Assembly: GCA_024685005.1 (NCBI GenBank)
Contig: JAIKWF010000048.1
Span: 5,470 to 69,469, forward strand
Origin: Lachnospiraceae bacterium
GTDB taxonomy: Bacteria > Bacillota > Clostridia > Lachnospirales > Lachnospiraceae
Direction of reading: 5' to 3'
DNA: 64,000 bases
The number at the start of each line of letters is the position of its first letter. The first letter of the stretch is position 1. The notes below the pieces were generated by a model, which made no database searches, was not told the DNA's origin, and saw only the letters and a list, made by a program, of their open reading frames with translations. Of this stretch, positions 53,969-62,055 are shown piece after piece. The position numbers were made by a program, and so were the translations under genes.

Positions 53969-54841
53969 TCAGTATCTGGAATCACCAATGAAGCTTACAA
54001 CCACGAGGCTGGCGCCGGTGTGGGTTCCGATCATGGGACCGACATTGCTCATTAGGAAGTTCTGATAGCCAAGGCGCTCACGGATCTGCTCTTTTACAAA
54101 TTCAGCATCCTCCGGAACATTTCCGTGGCAGATCATAACCATTTCATCATTCAGGGCAAAATCCTTTGCTTTATGGGTCTCCATGGTATCAACCAGATAG
54201 GAGAGGGATTTTTTCCGGCCACGAAGCTTCTGGGGAACCACCAGCTTACCTTCGGGATCCACGATGAGGAAAGGCTTTACACCTGCCAGGGTACCGACAA
54301 TGGCGCTGGTTTTGGATACGCGGCCGCCACGCCACAGATCGAAGAGATTGTCCACCGTGAAGGAAAGCAGGAAATGCTGGGTATTCTCTCTCAGCCAATC
54401 AGCGGTTTCCTTCAGGGATTTGCCTTCCTTGCGAAGACGAACGGCGTGCCATACCATAAGTCCCTGACCGAGGGAGCCGGTAAGGGAATCCACAACTTCA
54501 ATGGTCTTGTCATTGTGGCTTGCCAGAAATTCGCTGACGCCCAGCTTTACGCTTTGTACGGTTCCGGAAAGTCCGGAGGAAAGACCGATATACAGAAATT
54601 CATCAGCATCATCCACATGCTCGGAGAAAAACTCCTTTGCCTGATCCGGATTGATCTGGGAAGTGGAAGGCTTGGCACCTTCGGAGAGCATTTTGTAAAA
54701 CTTCGCCGCCGGCAGGTCAAGATCTTTTCCGGCGATGATTTTTCCGTCCAGGATCGTGCTGAGGAAGAGGCAGTCTACGTCGTTTTCCGCAAGCCAGTCC
54801 CTGGGAAGATCGGATCCGTTATCAGTGATGATTTTGAACAT
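53969..54841 (-). CDS. DegV-family fatty-acid-binding protein
   Basis: 290 aa. Motifs MFKIITDNGSDLP, STSQINP, LSSGLSGT and GTHTG are typical of DegV. Confidence 0.85.
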   Translation of the reverse strand: MFKIITDNGSDLPRDWLAENDVDCLFLSTILDGKIIAGKDLDLPAAKFYKMLSEGAKPSTSQINPDQAKEFFSEHVDDADEFLYIGLSSGLSGTVQSVKLGVSEFLASHNDKTIEVVDSLTGSLGQGLMVWHAVRLRKEGKSLKETADWLRENTQHFLLSFTVDNLFDLWRGGRVSKTSAIVGTLAGVKPFLIVDPEGKLVVPQKLRGRKKSLSYLVDTMETHKAKDFALNDEMVMICHGNVPEDAEFVKEQIRERLGYQNFLMSNVGPMIGTHTGASLVVVSFIGDSRY

Positions 54842-54997
54842 GATTTTTCTCCTTTGTAACGTTTACTAATTATAGTAGAAATTGAACACATATGATGTAG
54901 TAATCAAAACTATGTAAATGATAGCAAATTTCTTTCAGCCTGTCTACTGAAAAATGCAAAAAAATCCGCTGCGGCGCTTTTGGATCCTCCTTTTTGC

Positions 54998-55026
54998 TTG
55001 CTACCGTACCGGTATTGTGCTACACT
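54998..55026 (+). promoter_or_regulatory. candidate promoter of the MFS gene
   Basis: -35 TTGCTA (54998-55003), 17-nt spacer, -10 TACACT preceded by TGc (55018-55026). Confidence 0.35.
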
Positions 55027-55075
55027 ATATTTTGTTTGAATTTAGTTTTTATATAGGTAAGGAGAGGTAACAGAA

Positions 55076-56413
55076 ATGAGTCAAAGTCAAACAAAAACAG
55101 GCGGCTGGCGGGAAAATAAGTGGATCCGTGCCGCAATCCCCGCACTTTTGCTGCACTGCAGTATCGGTACCGTATACTGCTGGTCTATTTTCTCACAGGA
55201 GATCGCAGATTATATCGGCTATACCAAAGGAGCCACCGAGTGGGCATTTTCCTTTGCGATTTTCTTCCTTGGAATGTCTGCTGCATTCCTGGGCAACATT
55301 GTGGAGAAGGATATCCACAAATCTTCCCTGATCGCAACCATCTGCTTTGCGACAGGTATGTTCCTGACAGGATTTTTCATCAAATACGGCGGAGCACATC
55401 AACACAGCCCCCTTGCACTGATCGGAATCTATATCAGCTATGGATTTATCATGGGCGTGGGCCTGGGTACCGGATATCTTTCCCCGGTTAAGACCCTGAT
55501 GCTCTGGTTCCAGGATCGTAAAGGTCTTGCAACCGGTCTTGCGGTAGCAGGATTCGGTGCTGCCAAGGCAATCGCCAGCCCCATCATGCAGAGCATGCTT
55601 GAGAACCTGGGCGAAGGCGGAATCTACAAGATGTTCATGATCCTTGCAGGCGTATACTTTGTTATGATGTTCGTAGGACACCTGCTTCTGGCAAAACCCG
55701 CTGACTGGCATGAGCCTCAGAACAGCGCTGACAAGCCGAAGATCATGGATGTACTCAAGACCAAACCCATTACCAACTATGTAGGTATCTGGGTAATGTT
55801 CTACATCAACATCACCTGCGGTCTTGCCCTGATTTCTCAGGAAAAAATGATCGTAAAATGTATCGGACTGGCAGCTTCCGTAGGCGTGATCTCCACCATT
55901 TCCGCTATCTTCAATGCAGGCGGACGTCTTGGGTTCTCCGCATGGGCTGATACCATGAAGGATCGTAACACCATTTACAAACTGATCTTTATTCTTTCCA
56001 TTGCATTTACCGCACTGGTTATGATCACCGGAGGTATCAAGAACGGCGAAGGAAACAGCCTTCTGGTATTCCTGGTACTTGCACTGATCTTCCTTGTAAA
56101 TGCAGGATACGGCGGTGGATTCTCCAATGTACCCACCCTGCTTTCCGATCACTACGGAATGGGAAGTATCTCCGCTATCCACGGAATCACCCTTTCCGCA
56201 TGGGCATTTGCCGGACTGACCGGTAATCAGGTAGCTACTTACATCGTAAACCATACAGGCGAGTTCATCGAGCATGGTACGGATGCAGCAGGAAAAGCCA
56301 TCATGATCAATCCCGTAGGATATCAGAACGTGCTGTACTTCACCATTGCACTGTACATCGTGGCACTGGTACTTTGCCTTGTGCTGGTAAAACCTACCAG
56401 TAAAGAAAAATAA
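55076..56413 (+). CDS. MFS transporter (oxalate/formate-antiporter-like subfamily)
   Basis: 445 aa, 12 predicted TM segments. The N-terminal pattern (LLHCSIGTVYCWSIF) matches OFA-type MFS proteins. Confidence 0.7.
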   Translation: MSQSQTKTGGWRENKWIRAAIPALLLHCSIGTVYCWSIFSQEIADYIGYTKGATEWAFSFAIFFLGMSAAFLGNIVEKDIHKSSLIATICFATGMFLTGFFIKYGGAHQHSPLALIGIYISYGFIMGVGLGTGYLSPVKTLMLWFQDRKGLATGLAVAGFGAAKAIASPIMQSMLENLGEGGIYKMFMILAGVYFVMMFVGHLLLAKPADWHEPQNSADKPKIMDVLKTKPITNYVGIWVMFYINITCGLALISQEKMIVKCIGLAASVGVISTISAIFNAGGRLGFSAWADTMKDRNTIYKLIFILSIAFTALVMITGGIKNGEGNSLLVFLVLALIFLVNAGYGGGFSNVPTLLSDHYGMGSISAIHGITLSAWAFAGLTGNQVATYIVNHTGEFIEHGTDAAGKAIMINPVGYQNVLYFTIALYIVALVLCLVLVKPTSKEK

Positions 56414-56479
56414 AATCAATCAGACAGCGATTTAAATAACGGAAACAGTAAACAGAGTATAAGAACTGAAAGTGCGGGC

Positions 56480-58132
56480 ATGAAGACTGGATCAAAATTC
56501 GGAAAAAGCGTCGCAATTGCATATTGGTTCCTGATTGCACTGCTGATTCTGTTTCTGGGTTATATTGCCGTAAAAGAGGGCGTGGAAGAACACTTCTACA
56601 GAGCGGATGACAGGCTTGGCGTTTACACTGAGCCTGAATCCGAGATCGTAGTGGATCCTTCCGCGCCCATTGGCGTTAAAAAGCAGTATTTTCTCTATCC
56701 TCAAAAGGGAGATACGGAAAATGCCCACCTGTGCTTTTATGTGGTACACAGCTATGCGCAGGTCTATGTGGGCAACGAACTGATCTATAGTATGAAAGCC
56801 TCTGAAAAGAACCGGTTCCTCCACAGCCCCGGCTGTAAATGGGTGATGGTACCCCTAAGGAGAGAGGATGCGGGCAAGAAGATCACAGTGGTGGTCATGC
56901 CGGTGTATAAAGCCGTTCTGGACCGTGGGAATACCTTCTATATCGGTTCGCAAATGGAAGTGTATACCAACAGACTGAAGGTTGATCTTCCTCAGATCCT
57001 CGTCGGCCTTTTCACCATCGTCATCGGACTGGTGCTTTCCGCCGTCACCCTCAAAAGATATTGGGAAAACAGAGCAGATACCGCAAACGGCTATCTGGGG
57101 ATGTTTACCTTCCTGGCGGGCCTTTGGAAGCTGACAGACTGCAGCTTTATATCCCTTGCACTGGGAGATCATACCATGGCGCTGTCGGCCATTTCTTTGT
57201 CGGCACTGTCCTGTTGCCTGTTTCCTTTTATGAATTATATGAGAAAACAGATCAGGAGCCGGAAGTTCCATATCCTGGAGTTCTTTACGGTACTTGCCGT
57301 CATTGCGGAATACATCTGCTTTATTTTGCAGATCTTCCGGGTATTGGAGCTGCGCCAAAGTCTTCATATTACCCATGTGGCAATCGTTTCCGGGCTGATC
57401 CCCGTAATACTGATCAGCATTACGGCTTTGATCTATGAAAAGAAGAATACCAAAATACAGATGACGGCCTTTTTCCTGCTCCTTTGTACCATCGGAGCTG
57501 TGGCTGATATGATCGTATATTATATCAGCGGTAATTCCACCAAGATCCTCTTCGTGGCTGTTGCATTTTTAAGCTACATTATATTTGTGATCATTCATAA
57601 TAATATAGAGCTCAATCGCAGGGCCAACAGAGACCTGTTTACCGGCTTTTACAACAGGAGCTGTTGTAATGAGCTGCTGTCCGATGAAGCAAAGATCACA
57701 GTCCCCAGCGCCTTTGTGATGATGGATCTGAATGACCTGAAAGCATTGAATGATTCAGCAGGCCATGAAATGGGAGATCGCATGATCATGGCATTTACCG
57801 ACATCGTTAAGGCAGAAGCCCTTCCCGGAGCTTTTTTGGGACGCTACGGCGGCGATGAATTCATCATGTTCATCAATGACATCAGTAAAAAAGACGTGGA
57901 AACCATGATGCACAGGATCCGGATCGGCGTTCAGATGCACAATGCGGCAGGGATGCAGCCGGAGATCAGTTTCTCTTACGGATGTGCTTATTCCGAGGAC
58001 ATGGACAAACCCGGTATTATGGAGATGTTCAAAAAGGCAGACGAAAAGATGTATATCGAAAAGAAAAAGTATCATGAAGCCCATGATACGCCGGAAACCC
58101 ATAAAACGCAGGATACGAAAAACATAGAGTAG
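56480..58132 (+). CDS. membrane-bound diguanylate cyclase (GGDEF)
   Basis: N-terminal extracellular domain plus 7 TM segments. C-terminal GGDEF domain with RYGGDEF and DLNDLKALND. Confidence 0.85.
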   Translation: MKTGSKFGKSVAIAYWFLIALLILFLGYIAVKEGVEEHFYRADDRLGVYTEPESEIVVDPSAPIGVKKQYFLYPQKGDTENAHLCFYVVHSYAQVYVGNELIYSMKASEKNRFLHSPGCKWVMVPLRREDAGKKITVVVMPVYKAVLDRGNTFYIGSQMEVYTNRLKVDLPQILVGLFTIVIGLVLSAVTLKRYWENRADTANGYLGMFTFLAGLWKLTDCSFISLALGDHTMALSAISLSALSCCLFPFMNYMRKQIRSRKFHILEFFTVLAVIAEYICFILQIFRVLELRQSLHITHVAIVSGLIPVILISITALIYEKKNTKIQMTAFFLLLCTIGAVADMIVYYISGNSTKILFVAVAFLSYIIFVIIHNNIELNRRANRDLFTGFYNRSCCNELLSDEAKITVPSAFVMMDLNDLKALNDSAGHEMGDRMIMAFTDIVKAEALPGAFLGRYGGDEFIMFINDISKKDVETMMHRIRIGVQMHNAAGMQPEISFSYGCAYSEDMDKPGIMEMFKKADEKMYIEKKKYHEAHDTPETHKTQDTKNIE

Positions 58133-58155
58133 AAGCCTGGGATATTCAAGAAAAA

Positions 58156-58227
58156 CAGGGTATATAAGAAACATAGAATGGGTAAGAAATACAGGGCATA
58201 TAAGAAACGTAGAATAGGCAAGAGAAT
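58156..58227. repeat. 36-bp imperfect tandem repeat, two copies
   Basis: CAGGGTATATAAGAAACATAGAATGGGTAAGAAATA followed by CAGGGCATATAAGAAACGTAGAATAGGCAAGAGAAT, between the GGDEF stop and its terminator. Confidence 0.6.
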
Positions 58228-58247
58228 AGTTTACATAACATTAAAAG

Positions 58248-58274
58248 AACGGTCCGACGCAGGACCGTTTTTTG
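58248..58274 (+). terminator. rho-independent terminator after the GGDEF gene
   Basis: Arms ACGGTCC and GGACCGT followed by TTTTTGTG. Confidence 0.65.
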
Positions 58275-58322
58275 TGCTCTGGTTTACGCTCGTAAGATAG
58301 AAAAGGAAAAGAAGAATATTAA

Positions 58323-58376
58323 TGTTAACCTGCTGCGAAAAAGAAGGTTGACAATAGCGCGAAAAGGTAGTATCCT
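58323..58376 (+). promoter_or_regulatory. bioY promoter overlapped by a candidate BirA operator
   Basis: -35 TTGACA (58348-58353), 17-nt spacer, -10 TATCCT (58371-58376). The inverted repeat TGTTAAC (58323-58329) / GTTGACA (58347-58353), with a 17-nt spacer, resembles the Firmicute BirA box TGTTAAC-N15/16-GTTAACA. Confidence 0.5.
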
Positions 58377-58450
58377 AACATCCGGATCAAAGTTAAAAGA
58401 GAATTTTAATATAATTAGTAATGAATAAGGCTGAGAAGGAGAGGACACTC

Positions 58451-59008
58451 ATGGAAAAGGCAAAAACTGAATCAAAAGTTAACGTGAAAGACTATTGTTA
58501 TATCGCGGTTTTCACCGCGATCATAGCTGTTATGGCACAGATCTCCATACCGCTTCCCGGGGGAGTGCCCCTTACATTACAAACACTTGCGGTACCCTTG
58601 GCAGGAATCGTTCTGGGGGCGAAAAGAGGGACGATATCCACTCTTTTGTATGTTTTGTTGGCAATATTCGGCGCACCGGTTCTGGCGAACATGACGGGAG
58701 GCATCGGCTGCGTCTTTGGAATTACCGGAGGATTTATCCTTTCCTTCCCTATTATGGCATTTGTATCAGGGCTGGTTTCGGAAAAAGGAGTAAAGAGCCC
58801 TGTGTATTGGCTGGGATTATTGGGGGGCGTTCTGATCAACTATCTGATCGGTACGTTATGGTTCGTATTTGCTGCAGAGTCCACCTTTATGGCTGCGATT
58901 ACGGCTTGTGTCTTGCCTTTTATACCGACAGCAATACTGAAGCTGGTTCTTTCGGGCGTGATTGGTGACGCCCTTAAAAAGACCATGCGCAGAGCAGGAC
59001 TGTTGTGA
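58451..59008 (+). CDS. bioY: biotin ECF transporter S component
   Basis: Start at MEKAKTES (ATG 58451, AAGGAGAGG upstream). ISIPLPGGVPLTLQTLAVPLAGIVLG is the BioY signature region. Confidence 0.85.
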   Translation: MEKAKTESKVNVKDYCYIAVFTAIIAVMAQISIPLPGGVPLTLQTLAVPLAGIVLGAKRGTISTLLYVLLAIFGAPVLANMTGGIGCVFGITGGFILSFPIMAFVSGLVSEKGVKSPVYWLGLLGGVLINYLIGTLWFVFAAESTFMAAITACVLPFIPTAILKLVLSGVIGDALKKTMRRAGLL

Positions 59009-59466
59009 TGAAGCAGATCGAAAAGCAGATCGAAAAGCAGATCGAAAAGAAGATCATAAAGCTAAGGCCCCATCATCTGCTGTGCACCCAGGGATACAGC
59101 GGAAAAGGATACTCGGATGATTTCGTTGTGACGATGGATAAGGTCACGGAAAAGTTGAGAAACGACAGAAATGCGCAGGTAGAGATAGTTTTCTCTACGG
59201 ATAATTTATGCAAAAACTGCCCGTCCAAGGTGGCAGAGGGGATCTGTGAAAGCGATGAAAAGGTGATTCGGTTTGATAATGGCGTTATAAAGGCTCTGGA
59301 TCTGAAGGAAGGCGTTTATTCTTATCAGGAGCTCATAGCAAGGCTTGATCAATACCTTATATCGGGGGATGAGGATGAACGCCTGCAGGAAATATGCGGA
59401 GATTGTGAATGGTATCCCGTCAGTGCCTGCTGGAAGAACATAAAATGCAGGAAATATGTCTTTTAA
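59005..59466 (+). CDS. DUF1284-like Cys-rich protein
   Basis: LRPHHLLCTQGYSGKGYS near the N-terminus, with later CKNCPSK and CGDCEWYP cysteine pairs. The start (GTG 59005 or ATG 59008) overlaps the bioY stop. The N-terminal (KQIE)x3 is encoded by a 12-bp tandem repeat. Confidence 0.6.
   Translation: MMKQIEKQIEKQIEKKIIKLRPHHLLCTQGYSGKGYSDDFVVTMDKVTEKLRNDRNAQVEIVFSTDNLCKNCPSKVAEGICESDEKVIRFDNGVIKALDLKEGVYSYQELIARLDQYLISGDEDERLQEICGDCEWYPVSACWKNIKCRKYVF
59011..59058 (+). repeat. 12-bp in-frame tandem repeat (three perfect copies plus one degenerate)
   Basis: AAGCAGATCGAA x3, then AAGAAGATCATA. Confidence 0.8.
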
Positions 59467-59568
59467 ACCGGAGCGTAGCGGAAAATATGCCTGCGAATCA
59501 CAATGAATCAGGTTAAAACTAAGCAGATTGTGATCAAATCGGCAAAAATATTATATAAGTAGAAGAGA

Positions 59569-59596
59569 ATCAGAGCACAATATTTTGTGCTCTGAT
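59569..59596 (+). terminator. hairpin after the DUF1284 gene (weak terminator)
   Basis: Arms ATCAGAGCACAA and TTGTGCTCTGAT with loop TATT. There is no clean T tract. Confidence 0.4.
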
Positions 59597-59597
59597 A

Positions 59598-59625
59598 TTG
59601 CATTAACAACAATATATGTTATAAT
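59598..59625 (+). promoter_or_regulatory. near-consensus sigma-A promoter with no adjacent ORF
   Basis: -35 TTGCAT (59598-59603), 16-nt spacer, extended -10 TGtTATAAT (59617-59625). The next plus-strand ORF starts about 300 nt downstream. Confidence 0.5.
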
Positions 59626-59921
59626 ATGAAAAGAAACAGAGCAAAAACATATAACCCGTATTCAAGCAGAGAGAAAAAATAAATCAAGAATTAATTAAAT
59701 GATCTGGACTGATTCGGGAAATGTATTACATCAGTTTTTGATCATCGGAAGCATGGTTTGCGATAATAATATTATGTAACCCTAGGACGGTGAGAGAATT
59801 TTTGAAATCCGGAGATAAAAATCGATCCAACAGACAAAAATGTAGTGTATGATATTCAAAAAACGGCAAAAATTAAAAGAAAACATATGATATCGAATAA
59901 CACATCGGAGGGAATGAGGAA

Positions 59922-60119
59922 TTGAAAACCGAAAAGAAAAATAACATATCGAATTGTGATACCTGTTCCAACTATATCTATGATGAGGATTATGAATGTT
60001 ACACATGTCAGGAAAATCTGGATGAAGATGAAATGGCCAGATTTTTAGCAGATCAGTTCCGGGACTGCCCCTATTATTCATATGACAATGAGTATCTGGT
60101 AGTCCGGCATCAGATGTGA
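59922..60119 (+). CDS. small Cys-rich zinc-ribbon-like protein (65 aa)
   Basis: TTG start with GGAGG 10 nt upstream. Contains CDTC...CYTC pairs. Followed by a clean terminator at 60144-60165, which supports expression. Confidence 0.55.
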   Translation: MKTEKKNNISNCDTCSNYIYDEDYECYTCQENLDEDEMARFLADQFRDCPYYSYDNEYLVVRHQM

Positions 60120-60143
60120 AAAGCGAAGAGAAACCCTGCAAAA

Positions 60144-60165
60144 CGCCCCAAAAGGGGCGCTTTTT
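60144..60165 (+). terminator. rho-independent terminator after the zinc-ribbon ORF
   Basis: Arms CGCCCC and GGGGCG with loop AAAA, followed by CTTTTT. Confidence 0.7.
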
Positions 60166-60426
60166 CGTCGGTTTTGCAAGAAAATCCGTCAAAGTTTTCC
60201 ACAAATCGCGAAAAAATGCAGGATTCACATGTTATTTAACGACTTTGGTCAATAGCTGTCGTTTTCAATGAAAAGGCATTATATCTCGCACGATACGTAA
60301 CAGCAGAAATAAAACAGGCGTGTCTGAAAACAGGAGATACGTAACGGGCAATTGTAACGCGTGCAATCAATAACGGCACAATAAATAACATACGATATAA
60401 CAGGTGTTTTGTTTCGTCTAACTAAT

Positions 60427-60454
60427 GAAATGATGTGCGATATCATTTCTTTTT
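60427..60454 (+). terminator. orphan rho-independent terminator in an ORF-free region
   Basis: Arms GAAATGAT and ATCATTTC with a 7-nt loop, followed by TTTTT. No credible ORF ends upstream of it. Confidence 0.45.
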
Positions 60455-60590
60455 CGTCTGGGATTCCCGGATCGGTATTTGGTATGCTGATTTATAATCA
60501 ATAATTTTTTGTGAGAGTTGGAATGTAGAATTGAACCGGAAAATTTTGACATGTGCAGTACAGGATAATAAGAAGATGTGGATTTTTTTG

Positions 60591-60619
60591 TTGACAAACA
60601 GGGCGCCAGGCTTTAATAT
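60591..60619 (+). promoter_or_regulatory. rpsT promoter
   Basis: -35 TTGACA (60591-60596), 17-nt spacer, -10 TAATAT (60614-60619), about 100 nt upstream of the GTG start. Confidence 0.6.
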
Positions 60620-60719
60620 ATCTATCGTATGACTGCGTCGGGATCGTCCGTGTCCGAGATCCGGCGGTATGAAAAAAGCTTGAGTCCATATCGAAGGACG
60701 TAATTTAGGAGGTGTAATC

Positions 60720-60983
60720 GTGGCAAATATTAAATCAGCTAAGAAGAGAATCCTTGTAACTCGCACCAAGACCGAGCGTAACAAGGCAATCCGTTCCGGC
60801 GTTAAGACCGAGATTAAGAAGGTTTATGAAGCGATCGAGAACGGAGATAAGCAGGCAGCTTCCGAGGCTCTGAAGAGCGCTACCAAGAAGATGTCCATGG
60901 CAGGTTCTAAGGGTGTATACCACAAGAACACTGTATCTCGTAAGATTTCCCGTATGGCAGCAGCCGTTAATCAGATGGCATAA
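60720..60983 (+). CDS. rpsT: 30S ribosomal protein S20
   Basis: MANIKSAKKRILVTRTKTERNKAIRS... is the conserved S20 N-terminus. GTG start with AGGAGG 7 nt upstream. Confidence 0.95.
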   Translation: MANIKSAKKRILVTRTKTERNKAIRSGVKTEIKKVYEAIENGDKQAASEALKSATKKMSMAGSKGVYHKNTVSRKISRMAAAVNQMA

Positions 60984-61046
60984 GTAAGATGGAAAACAGC
61001 GAAGAGTCATCACTTCGCAGATTTCCGGCTATAGGGTAAAAAAGTG

Positions 61047-61079
61047 ATCCCGTTGCAAAACTTGCAGCGGGATTTTTTT
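61047..61079 (+). terminator. rho-independent terminator after rpsT
   Basis: Arms ATCCCGTTGCAA and TTGCAGCGGGAT (one G-U pair), followed by TTTTTTT. Confidence 0.75.
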
Positions 61080-61107
61080 CTTGAGAAAAGGATGCAAAAC
61101 TGATACA

Positions 61108-61557
61108 ATGGGCATTGTTATGCAAAACATGAATTTTGACGATCATTGGGAGCCTATGGAGAAGAAAGATTCCGGAAAAAAGAATAGCAAAGTCAGAGCG
61201 TTTTTCCTTCTGCAGATCGGACTTTTGATCTTTTCATTCGGAGGGATCTGCTCGAAAATGGCCGGAAAACAGGAGTTTTTATCCTTGGGATTCATCCTGT
61301 TTATGGGACTTTTGGTGGCAGTGCTGGGAACCTATGCCCTGATCTGGCAGCAGGTACTGAAAGAATTACCACTGATCGTAGCCTACGGCTGTAAAGGGAT
61401 CATCGTATTTTACGGGCTCCTTTGGGGCGCGCTGTTTTTCGGAGAGCAGATCAAACCCAATATGATCATCGGCGCTGTTATTGTTCTGATCGGCATTATC
61501 TTTTTTGTAAAAGGAGATGCCGAGGAGGAAAGCAGGGAGGAGGAAAGCCATGAGTGA
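61108..61557 (+). CDS. small DMT/EamA-like membrane protein (ArnE/ArnF-like pair, first member)
   Basis: Four hydrophobic helices after a polar N-terminus. The start is uncertain (ATG 61108, 61120 or 61156). The track TTG 61081 lies inside the rpsT terminator T tract. Confidence 0.55.
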   Translation: MGIVMQNMNFDDHWEPMEKKDSGKKNSKVRAFFLLQIGLLIFSFGGICSKMAGKQEFLSLGFILFMGLLVAVLGTYALIWQQVLKELPLIVAYGCKGIIVFYGLLWGALFFGEQIKPNMIIGAVIVLIGIIFFVKGDAEEESREEESHE

Positions 61558-61897
61558 AGTCTTCCTGTACAGCCTGATCTACGTGGGATCTGTATTTATC
61601 GGCTCCGTTTCACAGATCCTTTTGAAAAAAAGCGCTGCTGTCAAACATGATAATGCCATATTAGAATATTTAAATCCCAAGGTGATCATAGCTTACGGTA
61701 TGTTTTTTATGTCCATGCTGATCACAATGTATGCATTAAAGGTAGTTCCCCTTTCCCTTGGGAATCTGCTGGAAGGATTCGGCTACATCTTTGTGCCGGT
61801 TCTGGGAATTATCTTTTTAAAGGAAAAAATGACAAAAAACAGGCTGATCGGATCTGCGCTGATCATCATCGGCATAGCAGTCTATGCGGTGGGATAA
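61550..61897 (+). CDS. small DMT/EamA-like membrane protein (second member of the pair)
   Basis: Start at MSEVFLYSL (ATG 61550, AGGAGGAAAG upstream), overlapping the preceding stop. 115 aa, four TM helices. Confidence 0.6.
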   Translation: MSEVFLYSLIYVGSVFIGSVSQILLKKSAAVKHDNAILEYLNPKVIIAYGMFFMSMLITMYALKVVPLSLGNLLEGFGYIFVPVLGIIFLKEKMTKNRLIGSALIIIGIAVYAVG

Positions 61898-62055
61898 CAG
61901 ATCATAGAAGAGGACGAAAATCACGAATAAAACAATAAATCACAGAATAATCGGTAAATGGTTAACAATAAAAATATTATGTAAAATATTTATGTAAACC
62001 AAAAGTGATAAAAAACGACGCATAAGAAGAATAGAAAACAAAGACAAGGAGCAAT

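Noticed and set aside
59782-60228. 148-aa minus-strand ORF overlapping the small zinc-ribbon gene
   Set aside because: It has no RBS and spans a plus-strand terminator and an A/T-rich leader. The plus-strand 65-aa ORF has an RBS, paired cysteine motifs and its own terminator.
60181-60590. Replication origin (DnaA boxes) upstream of rpsT
   Set aside because: Only two imperfect DnaA-box-like 9-mers are present. There is no dnaA or dnaN nearby and no A/T-rich unwinding element with box clusters. Gene orientation does not switch here.
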